A DNA stretch of 64,000 nucleotides from Nitrospirae bacterium JdFR-85 (lineage in GTDB: Bacteria > Nitrospirota > Thermodesulfovibrionia > Thermodesulfovibrionales > JdFR-85). This document shows positions 54,736-64,000 of this stretch, piece by piece. Both the position numbers and the translations under genes were made by a program. The stretch lies in assembly GCA_002011745.1 (NCBI GenBank), contig MTOU01000013.1, positions 192,279 through 256,278 on the forward strand, read 5' to 3'. The notes under the pieces were generated by a model. It had not been told where the DNA came from. It worked only from the letters and a program-made list of their open reading frames with translations, and made no database searches. Numbering within the stretch: position 1 is the stretch's first letter; each line of letters starts with the position of its first letter.

Positions 54736-57726
54736 TCAAACCTCCATCAATTTAGACATGTCTGCCAGCCCTGAAACAGTGGTACGGATCAGACCAAGTA
54801 TTGATAATCTATTATTTTTGAGGTCTTCATCTTTGTCCATTACAAGGACATTGTCAAAAAACTCATTTATGGGATCTATAAGCCTGGTAAACTCCTGAAG
54901 GCAGTGTAGATATTCTCCTTTCTTCAGAAGCCTCTTTGACTCATCAGCTACAGCTACTGCAGTACTGTAGAGTTTTTCCTCAGAGGGATGGATCATGAGT
55001 TCCTTCTTGGGCTCACCTGTAGGGAGATCTTTCAGGATGTTATAGACCCTCTTAAGTGCAATCAACAAAGAATTGTACTTTTCTGAGTTTCTGAACTCCA
55101 TAAGTGCTTCAAGTATCGCCTTTGTCTCAGCCAGAGGCCTTTTAAGGATACCCGCAAGTACTGCCTGCACAACATCATAGGGATAACCTTCAGAAATGAA
55201 GAATGGTTCAAGTCTTTGAATAAAAAAGAAAGAAACCTCCTCTCTGAGTGTATGTTTTTCACTTATGCCGGCAGTCTCAATGGCAAAGGATATGATCTCT
55301 TCAATACTCAGGGGATATCTCTTCTGTAGCAGTATAGATATTATCCCCATTGCAGCCCTTCTCAACCCAAAAGGGTCTTCAGAACCTGTAGGTTTCAGAC
55401 CTATTGAGAAGAAGCTGACAATTGTATCTATCCTGTCAGAAAGACTTAGGATTGTACCTGTCTCAGTCTCTGGAATACTATCCTTTGCATGTGTAGGAAG
55501 ATAGTGCTCATATACTGCCTTGGATACCTCAGGATCTTCTCCATGTTCAACACAGTAGTACATACCCATTACTCCCTGTAGCTCCGGAAACTCCCTTACC
55601 ACACCTGTAACAAGGTCTGCTTTTGAAAGAAGAGCCGCCCGTTCAATCTTATTTACATCAGCCTTCAGTCTCTCTCCAAGACCACAGGCTATCTCTTTTA
55701 TCCTCTGCACTTTGTCAAAGAGTGTCCCAAGTTTCTCATGATAGGTAACACCTTTAAGCTCTTCAATCCTATCAATCAGTCGCCTTTTAATATCTTCTTC
55801 ATAGTAGAACCTTGCATCCTCAAATCTCGCCTTTATAACCCTCTCTGCGCCTCTTCTGACAGCCTCATCATTTGCTTCGCTGGTATTGCTTATTACAATG
55901 AAGCTGTTCAAAAGCCTGCCACTCCTGTCCAAGACAGCAAAGTATTTCTGATGGTCCTTCATCACGGTGATGAGAAGTTCCTTAGGAAGGCTCAGGTACT
56001 CTTCTGGGAAATGGCATAACACAGCCCTGGGATACTCTACAAGAAAATTCACTTCTTCAAGAAGTTCATCATCCCTTAAAGGTTCTCCATTTATACTCCA
56101 AGCAAGTGCCTTCACAGAACTCCATATCATGCCCTTCCTCTCATTATGATCATATACCACATAGCGTCTCTTTATCTCATCAAAAAACATCTCTGCATTT
56201 TCAACCAGAAATTCCTGAGGTGAGAGGAATCTGTGACCTCTACTCTTTCTACCACTGTTTATACCATCTATGGATAGGTTGACCACTCTACTGTCAAGTA
56301 GTGCCACAATCCAGTGTACTGGACGGGCAAATCTTATCTCTTTGTCTGCCCATCTCATTGTCTTGGGAAACTGAATCGAAAGGATCAACTCCCTTAGTAT
56401 ATGTGGTAAAAGTTTCACTGTGGGTGTACCTCCCTCCTCTGTCTCTACATATACATACTCTCCCTTTTCTGTCTCTTCAATCTTCAGCGCAGAGACATCA
56501 ACCCCCTGTGACCTGGCGAACCCTTCAGCAGCCTTTGTAGGAAGACCTCTGCTGTCAAAGGCTATCTTCTTGGGTGGTCCATAAACCTTCTTTGTCCTCT
56601 TCTGCTGGGTTTCAGAAAGACCATCGATTCTTAGTATAAGCCTTCTGGGAGTTCCAAAGCTCTGGATACTCTTAAGCCCAATTCCCTGTTTCTGAAACGC
56701 CTCTGAGGCCCTCTCTTTTATCTGTCCAAGCGCAGATGGAATAAACCTCGCAGGAATTTCTTCAGTACCTATCTCAAGCAGGAGAGTGCCTTTATAAGGA
56801 GCATTCTGCTCCACAGAAAACAACTCTTCTTTTACAGACTCGTCCTTCCATTCTCTAACCTCTTTTAGCAGAGGGAACCCCATCTCCTCACGCTGTTTCA
56901 GATATGCCTCTGCCACAGCCTTTGCAAGCGTCCTCACTCTTGCTATATAACCTGTCCTCTCTGTTACTGAGAGAACCCCCCTCGCATCAAGAAGATTAAA
57001 AACATGGGAACATTTAAGACAGAACTCATATGCAGGCAGTATCAGGCCTTCTTTAATAAGCCTTCTTGATTCTCTTTCGAACTCATCAAACCATTTCTTA
57101 AGAAGTACAGGGTCTGAGAGATCAAAATTGTATCTTGAAAACTCTACCTCACCCTTATGGTGAATCTCACCATATCTTATATCCTCTGTCCAGAATATAT
57201 CAAATACACTGTCCACCTCCTGAAGATACATGGCTATCCTTTCAAGACCATAGGTTAGCTCTACAGAGACAGGCTTAAGATCAATACCACCCACCTGTTG
57301 AAAGTATGTAAACTGGGTGATCTCCATCCCATCAAGCCAGACCTCCCATCCAAGACCCCATGCTCCAAGGGTTGGGGATTCCCAATCATCCTCAACAAAT
57401 CTTATATCATGTTTTTGGGGGTCAAGTCCCAGTGCCTTGAGACTCTCTAAGTATAACTCCTGGCTCTCTTCTGGAGAGGGCTTCAATATAACCTGATACT
57501 GGTAGTAGTGTTGTAACCTGTTTGGATTCTCCCCATATCTGCCATCAGTAGGTCTTCTGGAAGGCTCTACATATGCAACCTTCCACGGCTCTGGACCAAG
57601 TACTCTAAGGAAGGTAGCAGGATGAAAGGTGCCTGCTCCCACCTCAATATCATAGGGTTGAAGGATAATACATCCTCTTTCAGCCCAAAACTGGTTTAGT
57701 TTTATGATTATATCCTGAAAGTACAT
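54736..57726 (-). CDS. glyQS: Glycyl-tRNA synthetase, fused alpha-beta chains
   Basis: The N-terminus [26 protein letters not shown]...[10 protein letters not shown] is GlyQ. It continues without a stop into a GlyS-like ~700 aa. I prefer the ATG at 57726. Confidence 0.93.
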   Translation of the reverse strand: MYFQDIIIKLNQFWAERGCIILQPYDIEVGAGTFHPATFLRVLGPEPWKVAYVEPSRRPTDGRYGENPNRLQHYYQYQVILKPSPEESQELYLESLKALGLDPQKHDIRFVEDDWESPTLGAWGLGWEVWLDGMEITQFTYFQQVGGIDLKPVSVELTYGLERIAMYLQEVDSVFDIFWTEDIRYGEIHHKGEVEFSRYNFDLSDPVLLKKWFDEFERESRRLIKEGLILPAYEFCLKCSHVFNLLDARGVLSVTERTGYIARVRTLAKAVAEAYLKQREEMGFPLLKEVREWKDESVKEELFSVEQNAPYKGTLLLEIGTEEIPARFIPSALGQIKERASEAFQKQGIGLKSIQSFGTPRRLILRIDGLSETQQKRTKKVYGPPKKIAFDSRGLPTKAAEGFARSQGVDVSALKIEETEKGEYVYVETEEGGTPTVKLLPHILRELILSIQFPKTMRWADKEIRFARPVHWIVALLDSRVVNLSIDGINSGRKSRGHRFLSPQEFLVENAEMFFDEIKRRYVVYDHNERKGMIWSSVKALAWSINGEPLRDDELLEEVNFLVEYPRAVLCHFPEEYLSLPKELLITVMKDHQKYFAVLDRSGRLLNSFIVISNTSEANDEAVRRGAERVIKARFEDARFYYEEDIKRRLIDRIEELKGVTYHEKLGTLFDKVQRIKEIACGLGERLKADVNKIERAALLSKADLVTGVVREFPELQGVMGMYYCVEHGEDPEVSKAVYEHYLPTHAKDSIPETETGTILSLSDRIDTIVSFFSIGLKPTGSEDPFGLRRAAMGIISILLQKRYPLSIEEIISFAIETAGISEKHTLREEVSFFFIQRLEPFFISEGYPYDVVQAVLAGILKRPLAETKAILEALMEFRNSEKYNSLLIALKRVYNILKDLPTGEPKKELMIHPSEEKLYSTAVAVADESKRLLKKGEYLHCLQEFTRLIDPINEFFDNVLVMDKDEDLKNNRLSILGLIRTTVSGLADMSKLMEV

Positions 57727-57855
57727 CTCTAATCCTTTTCTGCACTGAAATAACATACTAATTAATATAAAGAAACTTTGTCAATCTCAATTGTCATCAT
57801 TACCCCTTTGCCAATATAAGGAACAATCTCCGATTTGGGTGCTGAAAATTTATAC

Positions 57856-57885
57856 TTGACACTTTAAAATTCTCTTTCGTATAAT
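57856..57885 (+). promoter_or_regulatory. Near-consensus sigma-70 promoter for the cytochrome c gene
   Basis: TTGACA at 57856-57861, an 18-nt spacer, TATAAT at 57880-57885. It lies 33 nt upstream of ATG 57919, which has AAGGAGGAGGG as its ribosome-binding site. Confidence 0.55.
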
Positions 57886-57918
57886 ACCCAAAACTTTAAT
57901 TTTAAGGAGGAGGGTGTT

Positions 57919-58494
57919 ATGAGAAAATATTATCTTTTTAGTCTTTTTCTCGTAGTAGCGCTAATGTTGATTATCTCACCCCAGGTATTTGCGGCAGGCA
58001 AACATGAAGGACTCAACTGTACAGGATGCCACGGAATTCACGATGCAAAGGGCAACATAATATTTGCAGTAGAACCTAATAAGAAAGCCATTAACCCACG
58101 AACTAAGAAACCCTACGAAGGTGTAACAGCCCTCTGTCTCGGTTGCCATGAAACACCTGAGAATGGTGGAATGGGAATTATGCCTGTGGCTGCAGCAATG
58201 AGCCATCCTTATGGAGTGGTTCCTAATAAGAAGGTAGCCTCTGTACCTAAGGTCTTCTTGAGAGATGGAAAACTCGAATGTGTAGGCTGTCATGATCCTC
58301 ATCCATCAAATCCGAACTACAAATATTTAAGGGTTGATACCAAAGGTGGTGCAGAGATGCAAAAGTTCTGTGCTATCTGTCATCCTTCAAAGGCTGGTGT
58401 AAGGCTCTCTGACATTAAGGTCTTCAACAGCATGGATGAAACCAAATTCGTCCAAAAATCAAAAGTTTCTAAAAAAAAGAAGAAAAGCAAATAG
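57919..58494 (+). CDS. Secreted tetrahaem c-type cytochrome with a lysine-rich C-terminal tail
   Basis: Signal peptide ...SPQVFA/AG. Four CxxCH motifs: CTGCH, CLGCH, CVGCH, CAICH. The tail is KSKVSKKKKKSK. Confidence 0.85.
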   Translation: MRKYYLFSLFLVVALMLIISPQVFAAGKHEGLNCTGCHGIHDAKGNIIFAVEPNKKAINPRTKKPYEGVTALCLGCHETPENGGMGIMPVAAAMSHPYGVVPNKKVASVPKVFLRDGKLECVGCHDPHPSNPNYKYLRVDTKGGAEMQKFCAICHPSKAGVRLSDIKVFNSMDETKFVQKSKVSKKKKKSK

Positions 58495-58504
58495 GATAAA
58501 AAAC

Positions 58505-58535
58505 ATAGGGAGGATTTCTTTCAGGAATCCTCCCT
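58505..58535. terminator. Hairpin terminator between convergent genes (T-tract on the minus strand)
   Basis: Perfect 11-bp stem TAGGGAGGATT / AATCCTCCCTA. On the minus strand it is followed by TGTTTTTAT. It lies between the stops at 58494 (+) and 58554 (-). Confidence 0.6.
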
Positions 58536-58553
58536 AATATAATACCTCTAAAT

Positions 58554-61500
58554 TTAGTCCTGAACAGAACCATAGCCACCACCACCTGGAGTCTTTATAA
58601 TTATTGTATCTCCCTGGTTTACTCTAAGACTCACCCGATGAGGCAGGCGGATGATTTTCCCCTTTTTCCGTAGAAGATTTACGCCTGAAGAGCCACTGCC
58701 TCCCCCTTTTATCCCAAATGCTGGAGTATTTCTCCTTTCAGATATTATTGTCACAGTCGCCTCCTTTAAAAACTCAAATTCTCTTATTAATCCATCTCCA
58801 CCAGGGTAAAGACCCTTCCCCCCTGAACCTCTTCTTATTAAAAATCTCTTCAACCTTACACCGGGATGACGAAGTTCCAGAATCTCAGGATCTGTTATTC
58901 TTGTGTTTGTCATGTGTACCTGCACTGCAGAGGCACCTGGACATCCTTCAACTGCACCCGCACCTCCGCCGAGGGTCTCATAATAAGGTGTCTCATTATC
59001 TACCTGAAACAGGAGATTATTCATTGTACCCTGGGAGGCTGCCGAGACCCCAAGTGCACCCAACAGGATATCCACCACCCTCTGGGAGGTCTCTACATTA
59101 CCACTTGCCACAGGTGCAGGATACCGCGGGTTAAGTACTGTAGCTTCAGGCACCTTAATTATCACTGGCCTCAAGCAACCACTGTTCAGGGGTATCTCGC
59201 TCCCAGTCAATGTTCTGAGCACATACAGTACAACTGAATGGACAACCGGAAGGGGTGCATTGAGACTGTCACTTAGGTGTTCTGGACCTGTACCAGTGAA
59301 GTCAAACTCAGCAGTAAGGGTCTCAGGAGGAGACTCTCCCGGCTCTATCACCACCTTCACCTTAAGAGGTGTACCATCATCAAGGTGTTCTTCAAAGGTG
59401 CTCTCAAATCTCTGCCCTTGCTGGATCAATCCATAAAGTGCAACCTTTATAGAGTACTCTGCATTCTCCTGGATATAGGCCATATATCTTTTTACTGTCT
59501 CATACCCGTATCTCTGTATAAGCTCCTTAAGGAGCCTCTCTCCCTTTCTGCATGCAGCCACCTGAGCAGTAATATCAGCAACACTCTGTTCTATGTCTCT
59601 CACTGGATAGGGGCCTTCTGAAAGAAGCTTTCTCAGTTGTTCCTCACGAAAATGACCCTCTCGCATGAGAAGAAAACAATCAATAACAATACCTTCTTCA
59701 GTAATATCTCTTACCTCAGGAGGCATTGAACCTGGGGTCTTACCCCCGATATCAGAGTGATGCCCTCTTGAAGCAGTAAAAAACAGCAGTTCTCCATCCT
59801 CCGAGAACACAGGATAAACCACTGTGAGGTCTGGCAGATGAGAACCGCCCCTGTAAGGGTTGTTAGTGAGATAGACATCTCCGGGTCTTATATCATCTCC
59901 CCTCTCTTCAAGGATCGCCTTTACAGTATCTGCCATCGAGCCGAGGTGTACAGGTATATGGGGGGCATTGGCGACAAGCCCTCCCTCAGGATCAAACACT
60001 GCACAGGAAAAATCGAGCCTCTCCTTTATATTTACTGAGTGGGCAGTGTTCCTCAGGGTGTGTCCCATCTCAGTCGCAATTCCTGAGAAGAGATTATTAA
60101 AGACTTCCAATAGCACTGGATCAGGCCCTTTATCTTCTCTGTATTTTATTCTGAGCTTGTCTTTAAGGATGCCGAGATTTTTTGCAATGATAAAACTGCC
60201 CTCTTCCACCTCGGCCTCAAAGCCCTTTTCAATTATAATCGTGGTAAAGGCATCCACTATCATGGCAGGACCACTAATAGCAAACCCTACAGGCAGGGTA
60301 TCTCTTCTGTAAACAGGGGCTATCAGAGGCCCTTCTTCTGTATACATTTTCTGAAAAAGCAGAGGCTCTGGATTTGGTGCATCTCTGAGATAAGATTCGA
60401 CTTCAGCATCTTTAATAAAATCTGTCAGAAGCTGAAATGTAGATCTTATAGCAGAAACCTCTATCTGTCTGTCCGGTCTGTAAAAGCCATATATCCTTGT
60501 ATGATGCTCTACAAACTCTCTCAGTGTCTCTTCATACTCACGGTATCTGACAGTTATAGAGGTATCAGAGCCTTTTACCCTTAGGTCAACCTCCCTCTTC
60601 AGAATAAAAGGGCCACTAATGCCCTTTTTCAGAAGATACTCCATCCTCCCGAATTCTTCTTCCAGCTTTTTGTGTGTCTCTGGCGTATAAAGGGCTATAT
60701 AGGACCTTGAAACCTTCTTTACAGGTCTTGCTATTGCTATACCATAGGCAGACATGAGGCTACAGAGGGGATGAAAGACCACCTCTTTCATCCCAAGAAG
60801 TGATGCCACCTGACAGGCATGCTGTCCTGCTGCACCACCATAGCATACAAGACTGTATTCCCTCACATCAACACCCCTCGCTACAGAGACTTCTCTTATG
60901 GCTACTGCCATCTTCTCATTTGCAACCTTTATAAAACCCATAGCTACATCTTCAGAAGACAGATTGCTGCCAATTTCACGGTTTATCCTCTCTGTAAGCT
61001 GTGCAAACTCTTTTTTTACTACCTCTACATCCACGGATGAGTGTCTGTCTCGACCAAAGGTCTTGGGCAGAAACTCTGAAATTAGTCTCCCTGTGAGTAG
61101 GTTTGCATCAGTTATCGTAAGGGGCCCTCCAAAGCCATAACAGGCAGGTCCTGGATACGCCCCTGCAGACTCTGGCCCTACCCTCATCTTTCTTCCATCA
61201 AACCAGAGGATTGAGCCGCCTCCAGAGGCTACAGTGTTTATATCAAGCATCTCTGTCTGCACCTCTATGCCACTAATCTTTTTCTCAAAGACTCTCTCAA
61301 GGTATCCATCATAGCGGCATACATCGGTGGAGGTACCACCCATATCAAACCCTATTGCTCCTCTGAGGCCGAGTTTCTCTACCGTATCAGCCACTGCCAG
61401 CACACCACCTGCAGGGCCTGACAGAAGGAGATCCCTCGGCATAAACTCGTTGAATCCCACAGTGCCACCAGAGCTTATGAAGAACTCTAATGGGATCTTG

Positions 61501-62189
61501 CCGATCTCCTTCCTTAGCGTCTCCATGTACCTCTTGAGCACAGGGCTCAAATAGGCATCCACAAGGGTGGCCTGTCCTCTCGGGACGATCTTGATCTGTC
61601 TGGATGTCCGATGCGATAGATATATGTTCTTAAAACTCCTGTTCTTTAGTATCTCCTCGCAATAGAGTTCATGAGCAGGATTTCTCCAGGCATGCATTAA
61701 CACAACTGCAACGGCATCATACTCATCTGGAGCAATTGTTCTCACTTTCTTTTCAAGCAACTCTCTGTTAAGCTCCTGTACCACCTCACCAGAAGGCCCG
61801 ATCCTTTCTTCAACCTCTATAACCCTCTCATATAAGACCTGGGGCTTTTTTATACAGAGACTGAATAGGTCATCTCTGCTCTGGTAGCCTATCTCAAAGA
61901 GGTCTCTGAATCCTTTAGTGACCAGAAGTAGCACCCTACCGCCTTTTCTTTCAAGTAGGGCGTTGGTAGCCACTGTAGTGCCCAGTCTTATACACTCAAT
62001 CTCCTCTTCAGAAAGGGGGCTACTGTCTTTAAGTCCTAATATTCTTCTTATCCCTTCCACCGCAGGGTCAACATATTCGTCTGATTGAGAAAGGATCTTT
62101 ATGGTGTGGATATGACCTTCAGGGTCTAACCCTATTATGTCTGTAAATGTGCCTCCCCTGTCAGCAGCAAACCGCCATCTGCTACTCAA
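58554..62189 (-). CDS. Fused hydantoinase A/B family protein (ATP-dependent 5-oxoprolinase-like)
   Basis: 1211 aa. The N-terminus RFAADRGGTFTDIIG is typical of HyuA/oxoprolinase. The C-terminal half is HyuB-like. The fused architecture resembles OPLAH-type 5-oxoprolinase. Confidence 0.85.
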   Translation of the reverse strand: MSSRWRFAADRGGTFTDIIGLDPEGHIHTIKILSQSDEYVDPAVEGIRRILGLKDSSPLSEEEIECIRLGTTVATNALLERKGGRVLLLVTKGFRDLFEIGYQSRDDLFSLCIKKPQVLYERVIEVEERIGPSGEVVQELNRELLEKKVRTIAPDEYDAVAVVLMHAWRNPAHELYCEEILKNRSFKNIYLSHRTSRQIKIVPRGQATLVDAYLSPVLKRYMETLRKEIGKIPLEFFISSGGTVGFNEFMPRDLLLSGPAGGVLAVADTVEKLGLRGAIGFDMGGTSTDVCRYDGYLERVFEKKISGIEVQTEMLDINTVASGGGSILWFDGRKMRVGPESAGAYPGPACYGFGGPLTITDANLLTGRLISEFLPKTFGRDRHSSVDVEVVKKEFAQLTERINREIGSNLSSEDVAMGFIKVANEKMAVAIREVSVARGVDVREYSLVCYGGAAGQHACQVASLLGMKEVVFHPLCSLMSAYGIAIARPVKKVSRSYIALYTPETHKKLEEEFGRMEYLLKKGISGPFILKREVDLRVKGSDTSITVRYREYEETLREFVEHHTRIYGFYRPDRQIEVSAIRSTFQLLTDFIKDAEVESYLRDAPNPEPLLFQKMYTEEGPLIAPVYRRDTLPVGFAISGPAMIVDAFTTIIIEKGFEAEVEEGSFIIAKNLGILKDKLRIKYREDKGPDPVLLEVFNNLFSGIATEMGHTLRNTAHSVNIKERLDFSCAVFDPEGGLVANAPHIPVHLGSMADTVKAILEERGDDIRPGDVYLTNNPYRGGSHLPDLTVVYPVFSEDGELLFFTASRGHHSDIGGKTPGSMPPEVRDITEEGIVIDCFLLMREGHFREEQLRKLLSEGPYPVRDIEQSVADITAQVAACRKGERLLKELIQRYGYETVKRYMAYIQENAEYSIKVALYGLIQQGQRFESTFEEHLDDGTPLKVKVVIEPGESPPETLTAEFDFTGTGPEHLSDSLNAPLPVVHSVVLYVLRTLTGSEIPLNSGCLRPVIIKVPEATVLNPRYPAPVASGNVETSQRVVDILLGALGVSAASQGTMNNLLFQVDNETPYYETLGGGAGAVEGCPGASAVQVHMTNTRITDPEILELRHPGVRLKRFLIRRGSGGKGLYPGGDGLIREFEFLKEATVTIISERRNTPAFGIKGGGSGSSGVNLLRKKGKIIRLPHRVSLRVNQGDTIIIKTPGGGGYGSVQD

Positions 62190-63594
62190 CTTCTGCTGAC
62201 CCCCTGTCCAGAGGCAGGATTAGTGTAACAGTGGTACCCACACCTCTGCTGCTTCTGAATTCCACTCTACCACCGTGCTCTTCAATGACCCTCTTTGTCA
62301 TAGCAAGCCCAAGCCCCACCCCTTCAGGCTTTGTAGTAAAGAAGGGCTCAAACACCCTCTCTTCCACTTCTGGCTCAACCCCTTCTCCTGTATCCGATAT
62401 TATAATATGTACAGAATCCTCTTTCTTGTCCACCTTTATACTCATTCTTCCACCGTTGTCCATAGCCTGGAGAGAATTCTGAAAGACATTCAGCAGACAG
62501 GTCTTCAAGAGCTCAGGGTCTGCGTCAATGTTCAGAAACCCTAAGATCTCATAATCTCTTTCTATCTTTATGCCCTGTTTTTCTGCCTTTGCCTGCACAA
62601 GGGACAGGGTATCTCTGATCAACTCAACCAGCTCAATGGGTCTTTTCTTCAGTTTCAGGGGCCTTCCATAAGTGAGGAAATTGTTCACAAGGTGATCAAG
62701 CCTCTTTATCTCCTCTTTCACACTCTTTAAGAGTTCCTCTCTGTTTTTGTCCTCACATCTGCTGATCAGGTGGTCAACCGTAAGATTGATAAAGTTTAAT
62801 GGATTCCTCAACTCGTGTGCCAGTGTCCTTGAGAGTTCTCCGATTGTTGAGAGGTGCTCTGTCTGTCTCAGCCTCTCCTCAAGCCTTCTGAACTCTGCTA
62901 GTCTTCTGGTCATTTCATTAAAACTTCTTTTGAGCACCCCGATCTCATCACTCTCATTCACAGGCAACTGTACATCCAGATCACCTGATGCCACTGACTC
63001 TACAGACTTCACCACATCTCTGATCGGTTTTGTGTATCTTGAAGACAGCCATACTGCAACCGCAGCACCCAGGATAAAGACAATAAGTGTTGCTATCAGT
63101 CTGTTTCTGGTATGAGACCTAAGAAGCATCGCCAAATCCTCGGTACTTACGATCATATGTATGTATCCTTGGTGTTCCCCTCTGGCAACTATAGGAAGCA
63201 CAATATGGTAGAGATTACCTTCAGCAGTCACAAACTGTCCCATTTCAGATTTAAATATAAGTTCGGTAATCTTCTCAGGAGTGGTCTCTCCTATTTTGAG
63301 AGGATTCGTACTCGCCTTTACCCTTGTAGCCCCATCAATTATGTCTATCTCTTTTACTCCTTCGGGCTGGAGCTTCTTCAGTTGGTTGTACAACTTCATA
63401 TAATCCCTCTCCTCAGACTTCATTATCTCCTCAATAGCCAGATGCACTGCCTCGGTAAGCTCAACAGTCTTCCTCTCTACAGCCTTCATAAGTGCCCTTT
63501 CAAAGTATATGTTAAGAACCACCATGAGGATAACAACCGTGGCACAGAGACATGTCATCATAAGGATCAGCTTCCTATTAAGGGTCCATCTCAT
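62182..63594 (-). CDS. Sensor histidine kinase (2 TM, HAMP, HisKA, HATPase_c)
   Basis: 470 aa. H-box LAHELRNPLN, then ISDTGEGV and GVGLGLAMTKRVIEEHGG. HAMP region PIRDVVKSVESVASGDLDVQL. Confidence 0.88.
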   Translation of the reverse strand: MRWTLNRKLILMMTCLCATVVILMVVLNIYFERALMKAVERKTVELTEAVHLAIEEIMKSEERDYMKLYNQLKKLQPEGVKEIDIIDGATRVKASTNPLKIGETTPEKITELIFKSEMGQFVTAEGNLYHIVLPIVARGEHQGYIHMIVSTEDLAMLLRSHTRNRLIATLIVFILGAAVAVWLSSRYTKPIRDVVKSVESVASGDLDVQLPVNESDEIGVLKRSFNEMTRRLAEFRRLEERLRQTEHLSTIGELSRTLAHELRNPLNFINLTVDHLISRCEDKNREELLKSVKEEIKRLDHLVNNFLTYGRPLKLKKRPIELVELIRDTLSLVQAKAEKQGIKIERDYEILGFLNIDADPELLKTCLLNVFQNSLQAMDNGGRMSIKVDKKEDSVHIIISDTGEGVEPEVEERVFEPFFTTKPEGVGLGLAMTKRVIEEHGGRVEFRSSRGVGTTVTLILPLDRGSAEVE

Positions 63595-64000
63595 CTTATA
63601 ATGCCTCCACCTATGACCACATCACCATTATAAAACACAGCAGACTGCCCTGGTGCAGGTGCCCACTGGGGTTCGTCAAACAGAAGCTGAACCCTTTTGC
63701 TTCCGTCTTGGAGCCTCAGAGTGGCAGGTCTGTCAAGCATGGTTGACCTCACCTTTGCAGTCACTCTCTCTAAGGGAGTTGAGAGCCAGTTCAACTCCTC
63801 AACAACTACCTCTCTTCTGTACAGAGCATCTCTCCTCCCCAGATAGACTGTATGCGTCTCAGGCTCTATATTCACCACGTACAGGGGTTCTCCATAGGCC
63901 ACACCAAGCCCTTTCCTCTGACCAATGGTGAAATTAAAGATCCCTTGATGTCTACCTATAATTTTACCCTCAGGCCCTACAATAGGACCAGGCACTCTTG
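63591..64000 (-). CDS. mnmA: tRNA-specific 2-thiouridylase MnmA (C-terminal part; N-terminus lies beyond the window end)
   Basis: The ORF is open to position 64000. G.H.G...FTIGQRKGLGV and the PGQSAVFY end are typical of the MnmA C-terminal domain. Confidence 0.85.
   Translation of the reverse strand, partial: RVPGPIVGPEGKIIGRHQGIFNFTIGQRKGLGVAYGEPLYVVNIEPETHTVYLGRRDALYRREVVVEELNWLSTPLERVTAKVRSTMLDRPATLRLQDGSKRVQLLFDEPQWAPAPGQSAVFYNGDVVIGGGIIR

Noticed and set aside
58471-58488. An A-rich run (aaaaaaaagaagaaaagc) at the end of the cytochrome gene, considered as a slippage or frameshift site.
   Set aside because: It lies in the last 8 codons, so a frameshift would barely change the protein. 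It simply encodes the Lys tail.
63112-63633. A 173-aa plus-strand ORF over the histidine kinase N-terminal region.
   Set aside because: It is antisense to the kinase sensor and HAMP region and has no ribosome-binding site or motifs.

Overview
This 64 kb window looks like bacterial chromosome from an anaerobe, densely coded with about 50 genes. All family names below come from reading motifs in the translations; I ran no database searches. The lineage guess (Nitrospirota/Thermodesulfovibrionia-like or Desulfobacterota-like) is inference only.

**Layout**
- **1-11982 (minus strand):** a complete Wood-Ljungdahl carbonyl-branch operon, acsE-acsD-acsC-acsB-cooS. It runs straight into a NuoE/NuoF/FeS/NuoG-like flavin-iron-sulfur module.
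- **About 12.2-17.1 kb:** a visibly GC-richer block. It holds a DUF362 protein, an M28 peptidase, a repeat-rich beta-helix surface protein with an IPTL-CTERM-like anchor preceded by a (CTA)7 microsatellite, and a coiled-coil/PD-(D/E)XK protein.
- **17.3-41.2 kb:** mostly housekeeping genes (pcm, pyrC, leuS, tRNA-Phe, purB, ligA, rpsF-ssb-rpsR, murJ, pdxA). Interspersed are a compact tRNA-adjacent operon (phosphorylase-like/GT2 fusion, amidohydrolase, RecB-type helicase-nuclease, DUF1848), a stand-alone two-CW Cys-rich mini-protein, a DUF507 pair and a GGDEF protein.
- **41.3-51.5 kb:** a translationally coupled chemosensory operon with no CheR or CheB. Its order is DUF4388, CheY, CheA, ExeA-like AAA+ ATPase, CheW, haem-motif MCP with a C-terminal PhnD-like domain, a second MCP, CheW.
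- **51.5-64 kb:** unknown-lpdA-gcvH, a fused glyQS, a tetrahaem cytochrome c, a fused hydantoinase/oxoprolinase, a histidine kinase and partial mnmA.

**Best candidates for novelty**
1. The ExeA-containing chemosensory system and its unusual MCP.
2. The CODH/ACS link to a Bfu-like module.
3. The tRNA-Phe-adjacent helicase-nuclease/DUF1848 operon.

No CRISPR array, transposase or integrase was seen.
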